DNA of 64,000 nt from assembly GCA_026770705.1 (NCBI GenBank), contig JANJGN010000140.1:372001-436000 (forward strand), in the 5' to 3' direction. Every line of letters begins with the position of its first letter. Positions within the stretch are counted from its first letter, which is position 1. Positions 50,230 through 62,439 of the stretch are shown here, piece by piece. The translations under genes and the position numbers were made by a program. The stretch comes from Isurus oxyrinchus. Lineage: Eukaryota. The notes under the pieces are model-generated. The model saw nothing but the letters and a program-made list of their open reading frames with translations, was not told the origin of the DNA and ran no database searches.

Positions 50230-50769
50230 CTGGGAAAGAATGGCCGATTGAACAAGTTAGACTCTGTGATTTGTGATCATTAAGTAACCAAACAACTCAA
50301 AATTTGACTATAACTATAAACATGTCCAACTAAAACCCACATCCACATTTCATCGTTTATTATTTCCATCATTTGATGGCCCTCGCTTGTCGGTTCCCTC
50401 TTTAGAAACCCACACCTCATTTTTCTGCCTCTATCCCATTACTAAAAGAGAACATTTTGATATCATTTGAATGACGTACCTTTCATTGGATTAAAGTGGA
50501 AGAGCAGAGGATTTTCCCCATTATTTCGCCACCATTTATTTCTCAATCAGCAGCACTTGGTGACAGAGAAATTGTCTCGTCATTTATTTCATTGCAGTTT
50601 GGAAATTGGCTTTGTTCAAATTGACTGAAGCCCCCTCCCCTCTCCACGTCCCCCCAAAACAAAGAATTGCAAAAATCCTTCGAAAGTACCTTTGTAATGG
50701 TACCTACATAATGACCATAGAACCCTAAATTGAATACCAGTGACAGTAAGTACGACATTTCCATTCGTA

Positions 50770-52320
50770 TGTACATGTGAACATGCGGATTAGTAGCAGG
50801 AGTAGGCCATTCGGCCTCTCGAGCCTCCACCACCATTCACTACCGATCATAGCTGACCTGATTGTGGCGTTAACTCCACATTCCCACCTACTCTCCGCTA
50901 ACCTTTGACTCCCTTGTTAATGAAGAATCTCTCTACCTCTGCCTTGAAATATTAATGACTCCTCATCCATCGCTCTCTGGGGAAGAGAGTTCCAAAGTTT
51001 CACGACCCTTTGAGAGAAAAATAAAATCCCCTCATTTCTGTCTGAAATTGGAGACCTCTTATTTTTAAACTGTGTTACCTATGGTTAGTCTCTCTCACAA
51101 GGGGAAACATCTCTTCAGCACCCACCCTGTCAATTTCCCTTAGGATCTTATATGTTTCAATAAAATCTGCTCTCATTCTTCTAAACTCCAATGGATACAG
51201 GCGCAGCCTATCCACACTTTCCTCATAAGATAGTTGACGACATCTCCCAGTAGCATTTGAATGAGCATTCTCTGAACAGCTTCTAATGCTTTTATATCCT
51301 TTCTTAAATGAAACCAAATCTGTACACAGTAATTCAGACGAGGCCTCATCGATGCCCCGTTAAACTGTAGCAAAATTTCCTTCCATTTATATTCTATTCC
51401 CTTTGTAATAAATGACAAGATTCCCTTTGCCTTCCTCATCACTTGTATTATAACTTTTTGTGATACAGGCACCAAGGGATCCAGGTCCTTCTGTACCTCA
51501 GGGTTCTGAAATCTCTCTCTCTTTCAATAATATGCTGCTTTTGTATTCTTCCTGCCAAAGTGGACAAATTTATATTTTCCCACATTATACTCCATGTGTC
51601 AATTTTTTGCTCACTCACTTAACCTATCTATATCCCTTTGTTGACCCTTTATCCCCTCTTCACCATTTACTTTCCTATCTATCTTTGTGTCACCAGCAAA
51701 TTTAGCAAATTCATTCAGCCCTTTCGTTAAGTCATTGATATAAATTACAAATAGTTGAGGCTGCAGCATTGATCCCTGTGGTACTCCACTTGTCACATCT
51801 TGCCAACCTAAAATAAACAATTCATCCCAACTCTGTTTCCTGTTAGCTAACCAAACGTCTACCCATACTGAAAGGTTACAGCCGACACCACTATTTTGTG
51901 CAGTAACGTTTCATGTGCCACTTTGTCAAATGCCTTCTGGGAGTGCAAGTACAGCACATCCACAGGTTCTCCTTTATTAATGTTCCTTTTTGATTCCCCG
52001 AAAGGCCTCAAATAAATCAGCCAAACATGATTTCCCTTTAACAAAGCCATAATGGATCCACATAATTGCATTTGGATTTTCTGAGTGATCCATGATAGAC
52101 TCCATAATAATCGATTCCAGCATTTTCACTCTGACAGATGTAAAGCTCACTAGCCTGTAGTTTCTTGCTTTCCCTTTCCCTCCTTTAATTAATATAAAAG
52201 CCTCATTCTCTGTTTTCCAATCTGATGAGACCTTTCCAGAATCTAGGGAATTTTGGAAAATTAAAACCAATGCCTCTGCTACTTTAGCAACCAGCTCGTT
52301 AAGGCCAAAATATTTGTGCA
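50770..52320 (-). mobile_element. CR1 LINE, degraded RT region and 3' end
   Basis: SGVPQGSMLQPQLF, KFAGDTK, QKAFDKVAH. Confidence 0.88.
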
Positions 52321-52839
52321 ACATCTCAGCCCATTTCCTTATTTTCCTTTATTACGGGCATGTCCAATCCATGTCCCACGGTTGGATTGTGGCCTCCGAA
52401 GCCCCTCTATATGGACTCTGGAGCTGTTGTTCAAAATGCTGGTAAGTCGGGTAAGTGGAGTTGAAGGTATCAGTAAGGAGCTGCTCCTCCAATCACAGGC
52501 CGGCCTTCTATCCCATTAGCAGCTGACAGACTGGCTTGTGGGCCTATCAGCAGTAAAAGTGGGAGACAAACAGATTGTGATTGCAGGGGCAGTGAGCACC
52601 CGCTGGAGAAAGGTGCAGGGAGCCGGGAGGAAGCGCATGGAGACATTGTCTTTCTTCTATCTCTGGCACTTAGCGCCTTTCCCTGGGAATAGAAAGGATT
52701 TCAGGAGGACGAGAGACACTGAGGGAGAGAGAGAGAGAGAGAGAGAGATAGAGTGGGACCTAGGGCGGCTGGGGCCTCGGCTCACAACTGCTTTCGCCCT
52801 GCTCTCCCCGCTATAGCCCGACTCTGCACTTTTGCCGCC

Positions 52840-55800
52840 TCTCTGCCCGCTGCAACCTCGCCTTCTGCCCTGTCCCCAGCCTCTCTGCCCTTCCCCCTGC
52901 CTCTCAGCCCTTTCCCACACGCCTGTATGCCCTTTGCCCCCGCTTCTCTGCCCTTTACCCCTCCTGCCTCTCTGCCCTTTCTCCCTCAGATCTCTGCACT
53001 TAATCCAAGATTCCCTGCCCTTTCGCCCGCCTCGCTGCCCTTTCCACCTCCCGCCTCTCTGCCTTTTCCCCCTCCCGCCTCTCTGTCCTTTCTCCCCCAG
53101 CTCTCTGCATTTACACCATGGTTCTCTGTGTTTTCGCCTGGCTCTGACATTTTCCCCAGTTTGCTGACCTTTCCGTCACCTCACTGCCCTTCATCCTCCG
53201 CCTGTCTGCCCTGTTGCCCTCCTGCCTCTCTGCCCTTTCCCCCCTCCACCTCTCTGCCCTTTCTCCCCCAGCTCTCTGCACTTAGTTCAAGATTGTCTGC
53301 ACTTTCGCCCGGCTCTCTGACCTTTCCCCCATCTCTCTGCCCTTTCCCCCTCCTCTCTACCCTTTCTCCACCTCCTCTCTGACATTTCACCCCTCCCCTC
53401 TGCCCATTCCCCCCTTCCCTCTGCCCTTCCAACCCCCCAATTCTCTGCCCTTTCCACCTCCCGCCTCTCTGCCCTTTCTCCCCTGCCTCTCTGCCCTTTA
53501 CCCCTCCCGCCTCTCTGTCCTTTCTCCCCTGCCTCTCTGCATTTACTCCAGTGTTCTCTGTGTTTTTGCCTGGCTCTCTGACCTTTTCCCCGGCTCGCTG
53601 ACCTTTCCATCACCTCACTGTCCTTCATTCCCTGCTTGTGTGTCCTGTCACCCTCCTGCCTCTCTGCCCTTTCTCCCCCAGCTCTCTGCACTTAGCCCAA
53701 GGCCCTCTGCACTTTTGCCTGACCCTTTGACCTTTCCCCCGGCTCGCTGACCTTTCGCCCATCTCTCTGCCTTTTCCATTGTCTCTCTGCCCTTCCTGCA
53801 CCCCTCACTTCTCTGCCCTTCATTCCAACCCACTTCTCTGCCCTGTCCCCCTCCTGTCTCTCTGCCCTTTCCGCCTCTCTGCCCTTTCCCCCCCGCCTCT
53901 CGGCCCTTTCTCCCTCCCACCTCCCTGCCCTTTCCCCCTCCCGCCTCCCTGCCCTTTCCCCACTGCCTCCCTGCCCTTTCCCCCTCCCGCCTCTCTGCCC
54001 TTTCCCTACTGCCTCCCTGCCCTTTTCCCCCACCTGCCTCTCTGCTCTTTCCACTTCCTGCCTCTCTGTCCTTTCCCCCTCCTGCCTCTCTGCCCTATCC
54101 CCCCTCCCGCCTCACTGCCCTTTCTCCCCCGGCTATCTGCATTTACTCCACGGCTCTCTACGCTTTCAGCCGGCTCTCTGACTTTTTCCCCAGTTCGTTA
54201 ACCTTTCTGTCAACTCTCTGCCCTTTCCGACTCCCACCTCTCTGCCCTTGCCCACTCCCGCCTCTCTGCCCTTGCCCCCGTCTCTGCCCTTTCCCCCCTC
54301 TGCCTCTCTGCCCTTTCCCCCTCCCTCCTCTCTGTCCTTCCCCCCATCTCTGCCCTTTCCCCCCTCCGTCTCTCTGCCCTTTCCCCATCCCGCCTCTCTG
54401 TCCTTTCTCCCCCGGCTCTCTGCATTACTCCACGGCTCTCTGCACTTTCATCCGGCTCTTTGACATTTTCCCCAGTTCATTAACCTTTCTGTTGCCTCTC
54501 TGCCCTTTCCCCCTCCCGCCTCTCTGCCCTTTCCCCCTCCTGTCTCTCTGCCCTTTCCCCCTCCTGTCTCTCTGCCCTTTCCCCCTCCTGCCTCTCTGCC
54601 CTTTTCCCCTCCCGCCTCTCTGCCCTTTTCCTCTCCCGCCTCTCTGCCCTTTTCCTCTCCCACCTCTCTGCCCTCTCCCCCTCCTGCCTCTCTGCCCTTT
54701 CCCTCTCCCGCCTCTCTGCCCTTTCCCTCTCCTGCCTCTCTGCCCTTTACCTCTCCCGCCTCTCTTCCCTTTCCCCCTCCCTCCTCTCTGTCCTTCCCCC
54801 CCTCTCTGCCCTTTCCCTCTCCCGCCTCTCTGCCCTTTCTCCCTCCCGCCTCTCTGCCCTCTCCCCCTCCCGCCTCTCTGCCCTCTCCCCCTCCCGCCTC
54901 TCTGCCCTCTCCCCCTCCCGCCTCTCTGCCCTTTGCCCCTCCTGCCTCTCTGCCCTTTCCCTCTCCCACCTCTCTGCCCTTTCCCCCTCCTGCCTCTCTG
55001 CCCTTTCCCTCTCCCGCCTCTCTGCCCTTTCCCCCTCCCGCCTCTATGCCCTTTCCCCCTCCCGCCTCTATTGTCCTTTCTCCCTCCTGCCTCTCAACCC
55101 TTTCCACCTCCCACCTCTCTGTCCCTTCCCCCTGCCCCATCTCTGCCCTTTACCCCCCCGCCTCTTTGCCCTTTCCCCCCTCCACCTCTCTGCCCTTTCT
55201 CCCCCGGCTCTCTCCATTTACTCCACAGCTCTCTGCGCTTTTGTCTGGCTCTCTGACTTTTTCCCCAGTTCATTAACCTTTCTGTTGCCTCTCTGCCTTT
55301 TCCTCCTCCCGCCTCTCTGCCCTTTCCCCCTCCCGCCTCTCTGTCCTTTCCACCTCCCGCCTCTCTGCCCTTTCCACCTCCCGCCTCTCTGCCCTTTCCC
55401 CCTCCTGCCTTTCTGCCCTTTCCACCTCCCGCCTCTCTGCCCTTTCCCCCTCCTGCCTTTCTGCCCTTTCCACGTCCCGCCTCTCTGCCCTTTCCACGTC
55501 CCGCCTCTCTGCCCTTTCCACGTCCCGCCTCTCTGCCCTTTCCACGTCCCGCCTCTCTGCCCTTTGCCCGCCTCCTCTCTACGCTTTCCCCCTCCCACCT
55601 CTCTGTCCTTTCTCCCCCAGCTCTCTGCATTTACTCCACGACTCTGTGCTTTTGTCCGGCTTTTTCCCTTGTTCATTAACATTTTGTACCCTCACTGCCC
55701 TTTCCCTCTCCCGCCTCTCTGCCCTTTCCCCCTCCTGCCTCTCTGCTCTTTCCCCCTCCGCTGCTCTGCCCTTCCCCCCTCCGCCTCTCTGCCCTTTCCC

Positions 55801-56180
55801 CCCTCTCGTCTCTCTGCCCTTGCCCACTCCCCACTCTCTGCCCTTGCCCACTCCCCCCTCTCTGCCCTTGCCCATACCCCCACTCTGACCTTGCCCCCTC
55901 TCCTCTCTCTGCCCTTTCCCCCTCCCGCCTCTCTGCCCTTTCCCATCTCTGCCACCCTGCCCTTTCCCCCTTCCGCCTCTCTACCCCTTCTCCCATAGCT
56001 CTCTGCACTTATTCCACGGGTGCCTGCCCTTGCCCCGGCTCTTCCCATTCCTTTGCCTCATCTATATGCACTTTCCACTGGATCGCTACCCTTTCCCCCA
56101 ACTCTCTTTCCTTCCCCCCACCTGCCTGCCCTTTCCCCCAGGCTCTCTGTGCTTTAGCCCCGCCTCTCTGCATTTTCCAC
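52840..56180 (-). repeat. ~3.3-kb 24-bp tandem array, G-rich on the IgM sense strand
   Basis: Plus-strand unit cctctctgccctttccccctcccg (sense cgggagggggaaagggcagagagg); most homogeneous at 54490-55600. Confidence 0.92.
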
Positions 56181-56299
56181 CGATGCTCGATGCTCCCTTG
56201 GGCCATGCTCCACTTTCTGGAATTGCTAGGCCTCAGTCCTCACTTCCAGGTCTCTCTTCCCCGCAGTTCTCGCCTTCCCATACACCGATTTAGGAAAAG

Positions 56300-56625
56300 T
56301 GATCATGTGAGTGAGCATGTGCCTGATTGACAGGGTGAGAATGACTGAATGACAGAGCGAGGGTGCGTGGGTGAATGAAGGAATGAGTGAGGGTTGGTGG
56401 TGAGTGAGCGTGGGTGGGTTTCTGAATGTGGGTGAGTGAGGGTTGGTGGTTATGTGAGGGTGGGGATATGAGTGAGGGTGAGTGGGTGAGTGAGGGTGGG
56501 TGAGTGAGTGCGGGTGAATGAGCAATTGATGGTGAGTGAATGAGGATGAATGAAGTTGGGTGAGTGAGCGAGGGTGAGTGAGTGAGGGTGAGTGAGTGAG
56601 GGTGAGTTATTGTGGGTAGTGAGGG
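56300..56625. repeat. (GTGA/GAGG)-type low-complexity tract
   Basis: gtgagtgagggtgagt repeats. Confidence 0.7.
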
Positions 56626-57259
56626 TGCGCAGGTGCTGCAGGCTCATCAAGGCGATGTTTCTCCGGATGATTTTCCACTTTGGCTCAGCTTTCCGTTGCC
56701 TGTTGCCCACAGCTGAGCTGGGGGCTCCGCCATTCAGCTCCACCACCTACACCTCCTCCTCTTCCTCCCCAAAGATCCTGTCCTGATTCTCCATCTTTCC
56801 GTAACACTGGCTGTGTAAAGTCAGGCAGCAGTGTAGATCACTGGCCAGCTGCTTTAATGCCGATGCCTTTCTTTGAGAAAGCCGTGTCAGTGCGTGAATA
56901 GGCAGACTGAGGGGGCTGGAGGGGAAGGTTACAGCAAAACCAGAAAGGGCCGTGCAGGCATCTTGCACCAAGTGTGCACCAGTGTTGGGGATCCAGGCGG
57001 CCGTGGTCTCTGCCACACCCTCCCTTTCTCTTGTTTCTTTGCGTTTGGTTCCACACTTGGAAATTCTCCACATATATAGTGATGTCACTTGTGTAATTTC
57101 ATTTTACACAAAAATACATCAGAAATGGAACAATGAACATGCCTGCAGCTTAGCCGATTTTTATTCTGCAATGAATCTTTTCAGCCCACATCTGTGTGTG
57201 AGAATGTGTGTATGTGTGCGTGAGAGAGAGTGTACATGCAATTGAGTGTGTATTTATAT

Positions 57260-57615
57260 AGAAACATAGAAACTAGGAGCAGGAGTAGGCCATTCAGGCC
57301 TTCGAGTTGCTCAGCCATTCACTATGATCATGGCTGATCATCCAACTCTATAACCTGCTCCCGCTTTCTCCCCATACCCTTTGATCCCTTTTGCCCCAAG
57401 TTCTTTATCTAACTCACTCTTGAAAACATACAATGTTTTGGTCTCAACTACTTTCTGTGGTAAGGAATTCCACAGGCTCACCACTGTCTGGGTGAAGAAA
57501 TTTCTCCTCATCTCAGTCCTAAATGGTCTACCCCATATCCTCAGACTGTGAACTCTGGTTCTGGACTCCCCCACCATCGGCAACATCCTTCCTGCATCTA
57601 CCTGTCTAGTCCTGT
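57260..57615 (-). mobile_element. CR1 LINE 3' end, cut by the gap
   Basis: MLPMVGESRTRVHSLRIWGRPFRTEMRRNFF; tail atagaaac. Confidence 0.85.
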
Positions 57616-57828
57616 NNNNNNNNNNNNNNNNNNNNNNNNNNNNNNNNNNNNNNNNNNNNNNNNNNNNNNNNNNNNNNNNNNNNNNNNNNNNNNNNNNNNN
57701 NNNNNNNNNNNNNNNNNNNNNNNNNNNNNNNNNNNNNNNNNNNNNNNNNNNNNNNNNNNNNNNNNNNNNNNNNNNNNNNNNNNNNNNNNNNNNNNNNNNN
57801 NNNNNNNNNNNNNNNNNNNNNNNNNNNN
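57616..57828. other. Assembly gap (213 N)
   Basis: Run of N. Confidence 0.99.
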
Positions 57829-58800
57829 TGTATGTATGTGTGTGTCATAGGGAGTATACTTGTAAGAATATCTGAGATAGAGAAAGTGTGTGTCTGTGGG
57901 AGAGAGAGTATGTGTGTATAAGAGAGAGCGACTGTGTGTGTGTGTGAGAGAGAGAACGACTGTGTGTGTGAGAGTGAGAGACAGAGGGAGAGGAAGTATA
58001 TGTGTACGGGTGTGAGTGAAAGGTAGTATAAGTGTGTGAGAGAGAGTGTGTGAGAGAGAGAGTACATGTGTGTGTGGGAGAGAGTGTGTGTGAGAGAGAG
58101 AACGTGAGAGTGTGTGAGAGAGAGAAAGAGTGTGTGAAAGAGTGAGCCACGGTGTGTATCAGAGGGAGAGAGAAAGAGAGAATGAGAGAGAGTGCATGTG
58201 TGAGAGAAACAGAGTGTGTATGTTTGAGATGGAATGTGTTTGTGTTTGTGTGTGTGCGTGAGAGAGAATGAGGATGCTCATGTGAGAGACTGTATGATGT
58301 GTCTGTATGTGTGTGAGAGAGAGAATGGAGAGCGTGTGTGTGCATAGGTGAGAGTGTGTCTGTGTGTGGGAGAGAGGGTACATGTATGTGAGAGAGAGAG
58401 TGGGTATGCATGTGTGAGAGAGAGAATGTGTGTAGGAGAGTGCATGTATGAGAAAGAGTGAGTGCATGTGTGTGTGAGAGAGTAAGTGGGCACATGTGTA
58501 AGACAGTGTGTAGTTGCGAATGTATGTGTATGAGAGAATGTGAGTGCCTGTTTGATAGTGTGAGTAGAAGAGAGGAAATGCGTGAGAGACAGTTTGTGCA
58601 TGTTAAAGAGAGTTTGTGTGTGAAAGAAAGAATATTTGTGTGCGTGTGTGTGTGTGTGTGGTGCATGTGTGTGATAGAGGGAGAAATAGAGAGTGTGTGT
58701 CTGTCAGAGAGAGTGCATGTGAGAGAGAGTGCACGTGTGTGAGAGAAAGCGTGTGTGACAGAGAGAGTGAGCGAGTGAGGTGTGTGGTAAAGAGACTGAG
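57829..58800. repeat. Degenerate (GT/GA)n tract
   Basis: Direct inspection. Confidence 0.85.
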
Positions 58801-59544
58801 TGTGTCGAGGTAGATCAGCCATGATCTGAATGAACGCAGGGAAGGATCAAAAGGCTGAATGTCCTCCTCATGCTCTCATTTCTGTCATTCATTCCTCCCC
58901 CTGCAGGCGGCAATCCAATGCCTCAGTTTTTGATGGCAGCTCCATTTCCCCAAATCCCTCGTGGCTGACTATTTGGAGCAGGAGGCTGGTCATTGTCCAT
59001 TTCAATCATTTAAAAAGCTTGCAGCCTCTGATCAGATCAGAACAGGCGCTGCTCTCTGGAGCCTCACTGTCACTCCCTGATTCTGTTTGTTCTGAAATTG
59101 TGTTCAAGTTCAGCTCACTCACATTCAATGATTTTCTGATACTCAAAATGTGAAACATAATTAATTCATTAAAATATATGCATGTTCTCTTCAAAAATAT
59201 TGCTAAAACAATTAATGTGCGTAATTTCACCCGAGCAATGGAACAATTTATTTTCACAGATCTGGCTGGAGGACTCACAGCTAGTTAGTTCGATGCTGAT
59301 CTCTGCTGGGAGAAGGCTCTCAGGTCAGGGACAGGACAAGTTAAGATATGAGTTAAAGCCCCCACTCCACCCCAGTACAATCCTGCCATCAGCTGCAAGG
59401 GTGGAATTCAACAGAAAGCCATCTCTCCACTAAACTGGCAAACACTCCGGGTCAGGTACAGCACTGGTTTGATATAAAACTCCCTCTACATTGTCCCATC
59501 AAATATGCCCAGGAGAAGGTTCAATCCACTTTTAATATAAATGC

Positions 59545-60125
59545 TGCAGCTGCAAAAGTCGGTCAGAGGCTGGGAATTCTGTGGTGAGTAATTCAACTCC
59601 TATCACCCAAAGACAACTCACCATCTCCAAGGCACATTGCCTCAGTGAGTGAAACATCAAAAAACCCCAAGAAACTCGATATTATCCAGGACAAAGCAGC
59701 CTACAGAATTGGCACCCCATCCGCTACCTAAAACATTCACTCCCTCCTCCACTGACGCACAGTGACAGCAGTATGTACCATATACAGGATGGACTGCAGC
59801 AACTCGCCAAGACTCCTTCGATAGCACCTTCAAAACCCACAACCTCTCCTAACTAGAAGGACAAGGGCAGCAGGTGCTGGGAAACACCACCCTCTGTACG
59901 TCCCCCTCCAAAGCACCCACGATCCTGACTTGGAATTATGTCGTCGTTCCTTCACTGTCAATGGGTCAAAATCCCGGAACTCCCTACTGATCAGCACTGA
60001 GTACACAGGGAATTATTGTTATTCTAGGAAGCGGCATATCAACAGTTCCGCAAGGGGTAATTAGGGATGGGCAACAAATGCTGGCCTTGCCAGCGTCCCC
60101 AACATCCTATGATAGGATTAAAAAT
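59545..60125 (+). mobile_element. Family A LINE 3' fragment, degraded
   Basis: Homologous to 28290-28920. Confidence 0.75.
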
Positions 60126-60399
60126 AAGATACAGGCTAATTTCTTCATCCACACTGTCCAACCAAATAGGTCAAGGACTGCTACAGCACTGATTAAAATA
60201 GAATAAAGCTCTCTCTGCATTGCCTAACCAAACACTCCAAAGACAGCTACATCACTGGTTTAAAATCGACCAAACCTCCTTCGACAGTCTGTCTGTCATT
60301 TCTGAATTGTCCTTTCTGACTGTTACAATGGATTGGGTATCTCATTTCTGAGGGGCCTGGTCAGAAAATCAAACATTCACATTTCTCACAGATACAATT

Positions 60400-62300
60400 T
60401 TTTGAATAAATAAATGAAATTGCACTTCCTGAAATACAGGAGAGCGAACCAGAAGGTTAACAACCAGTCAAGAAGATTTCTGGTCCCAGCACAGTGACCA
60501 CACGCACAGAAACAGAACAGACACAAATGGTGCAACAAGCGAGTTCCCAGCAGATAGATCTGTTCAATCTGTCTATTTCATTCAAGCTGTTTGATTCTAA
60601 TTAATCAATGGTCAATTTACTCCAATTATTCCATAACTTCTTTGAAATTAATCTGATTTTCATTTCAAAACTCCCTTTGAAGTCCAACTAATTCTCCCTG
60701 TCAATCTCCAATCTCCAAACAATGTAAGATTTAAGTTACCCTGAAAGTGAGCACAGCAAATATTACAGATTCAGGGTAATTTGGTGTCCGTAACAGAGAA
60801 TCAATGACAGGGTAAGAATTAAACAAATCAGAAAACATTCACATTGAAACCAACTACCTGCTGATTTGATTTGATTTTAGGGATAAATATAACCAATAAA
60901 ATCATCGAGATGAAACACCTTATCGATCAGAGCACAGCTGAATAAGAAAAATATTCTTTTCTAAATTCATTTTGGATAAAATTAAAAATTCTCTCCACTG
61001 AGAATTTGCATTCACAATAATGAACAGTATACTATTTAATTGTTGGAGTTCATTTATGTTGAATTAATTATCACTAATATTATATTGTAAGTTAATTATT
61101 TTGTTATTGTCAATTTATTTCCTTGTTAATTGATTTCTATTCTACAATATGAAAAATATGGTTTTCAAAAATTGAAAATTTGTTTCTCCCTGGTACTTTG
61201 TGAAGTAATTGGGGTTTATTTAAATCAACTTGACACTGAAACAATGTTAAACAATAAACTTCAAATTACGAGATGGTAACCTTCAGGCAAGAATATCAAT
61301 TTTACTTAAATTTAATCACTATTTACTATTTTACTTTTACTTCCACTGCTCTGTTTTAACAGACAAAATTGTAAACTATGCGTGTTTCTGAACGCATTGA
61401 GAAATCATAAATTCCATCTATTCTCATCGAGTAATTCACAAGACGAATTTATGAGTGGAATATTTTAAATACTTTCAAATCTGGCCGAGGTAACATCACA
61501 TCAAGTGTCTACGAACTGTAACATCATTTGTTTGCTAAAGCAAACTTGTCTTAACTCAAAACTACATGTAAAAAAATGTTCCTCGCAGTTACTTATTATC
61601 AATAAAAGTACTTCCTTGATAAAATCACTATAATTTAATTGTTAAATATATTGTTCATTGAAAGACGATCCAAATTAATCAGTATACAATTTGATGAGAA
61701 AAAAAATTATTCAGATCACCTGCGCCACTGAAATATAACCAGCAAAACGATTAGAGATTTTGCTCTTCAATTTAATAGTTAATAAGTATTAAGCATGAAT
61801 TTCAGATATAATCTGTTCTTCTCCTATAATTCTATCCTGTGCACAGTACAGCAATGGGAGACAGAATGTTGTTATTAAAATCAAAACTAACATTAATGTT
61901 TGCAATTAAATTAATCTGTTCGAATTTCAAGCGTTTCCTTGTCAATCTCTATTCATACGCAGTTTGCACCTTCCTGCAGTTCAAAAAAAAATAAGAACAA
62001 TTCCTTGACTGCCAGCGATTTCCACCCCCCAGAAAACTATTTCTCCATATTGACTGAACAGCTTTCATATTAACCTAATTGATCATTAATCACCTTTCAC
62101 ATTCTGCTGAGCTCTGCGCACAATTAACTTGATCGGGAAAATTTTTAGGGTGGAATCATTTTGTGATTATGTATGAAAACATTTCAAAGAGAGTATACTG
62201 ATTCTACAGAATTGTTCATTTCCACAAGAGATTTTGAATTCTTTAAATCCCTGATAACGTTTGCATTGATTTAAAAACGAGTTTGACATTGCAGTTTGGC
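60400..62300. promoter_or_regulatory. Candidate IgH intronic enhancer / MAR-like AT-rich block
   Basis: Perfect octamer ATTTGCAT 61004-61011; E-box CACCTG 61717-61722; ETS cacttcctg ~60423; no recognisable transposon and very AT-rich. Confidence 0.4.
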
Positions 62301-62396
62301 AATGTGTCTATCCGGTTATTACATTCTTTCTGTGCTAATGTCGGAAGCAGCAACGAAAATCGACATTTTCACAACATCTGCAATAGTAGGGTCCGT

Positions 62397-62410
62397 CCAG
62401 TAGATGGCAG
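62397..62410 (+). promoter_or_regulatory. Consensus CTCF core motif
   Basis: CCAGTAGATGGCAG matches CCASYAGRKGGCRS. Confidence 0.6.
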
Positions 62411-62439
62411 TGAAACAGTGAATACTGACATATGAAACA

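Noticed and set aside
52753-56048. PPLCPFPL / GGKGREA repeat ORFs
   Set aside because: Translations of the 24-bp satellite in all frames; no splice or codon evidence.
57845-58822. 325-aa His/Thr/Leu-rich ORF
   Set aside because: Translation of a (CA/CT)n microsatellite.
60440-60530. Possible J segment with RSS (cacagtg at 60490-60496)
   Set aside because: No nonamer at 12- or 23-nt spacing (best acacaaatg at 24), no WGxG frame and no splice donor.
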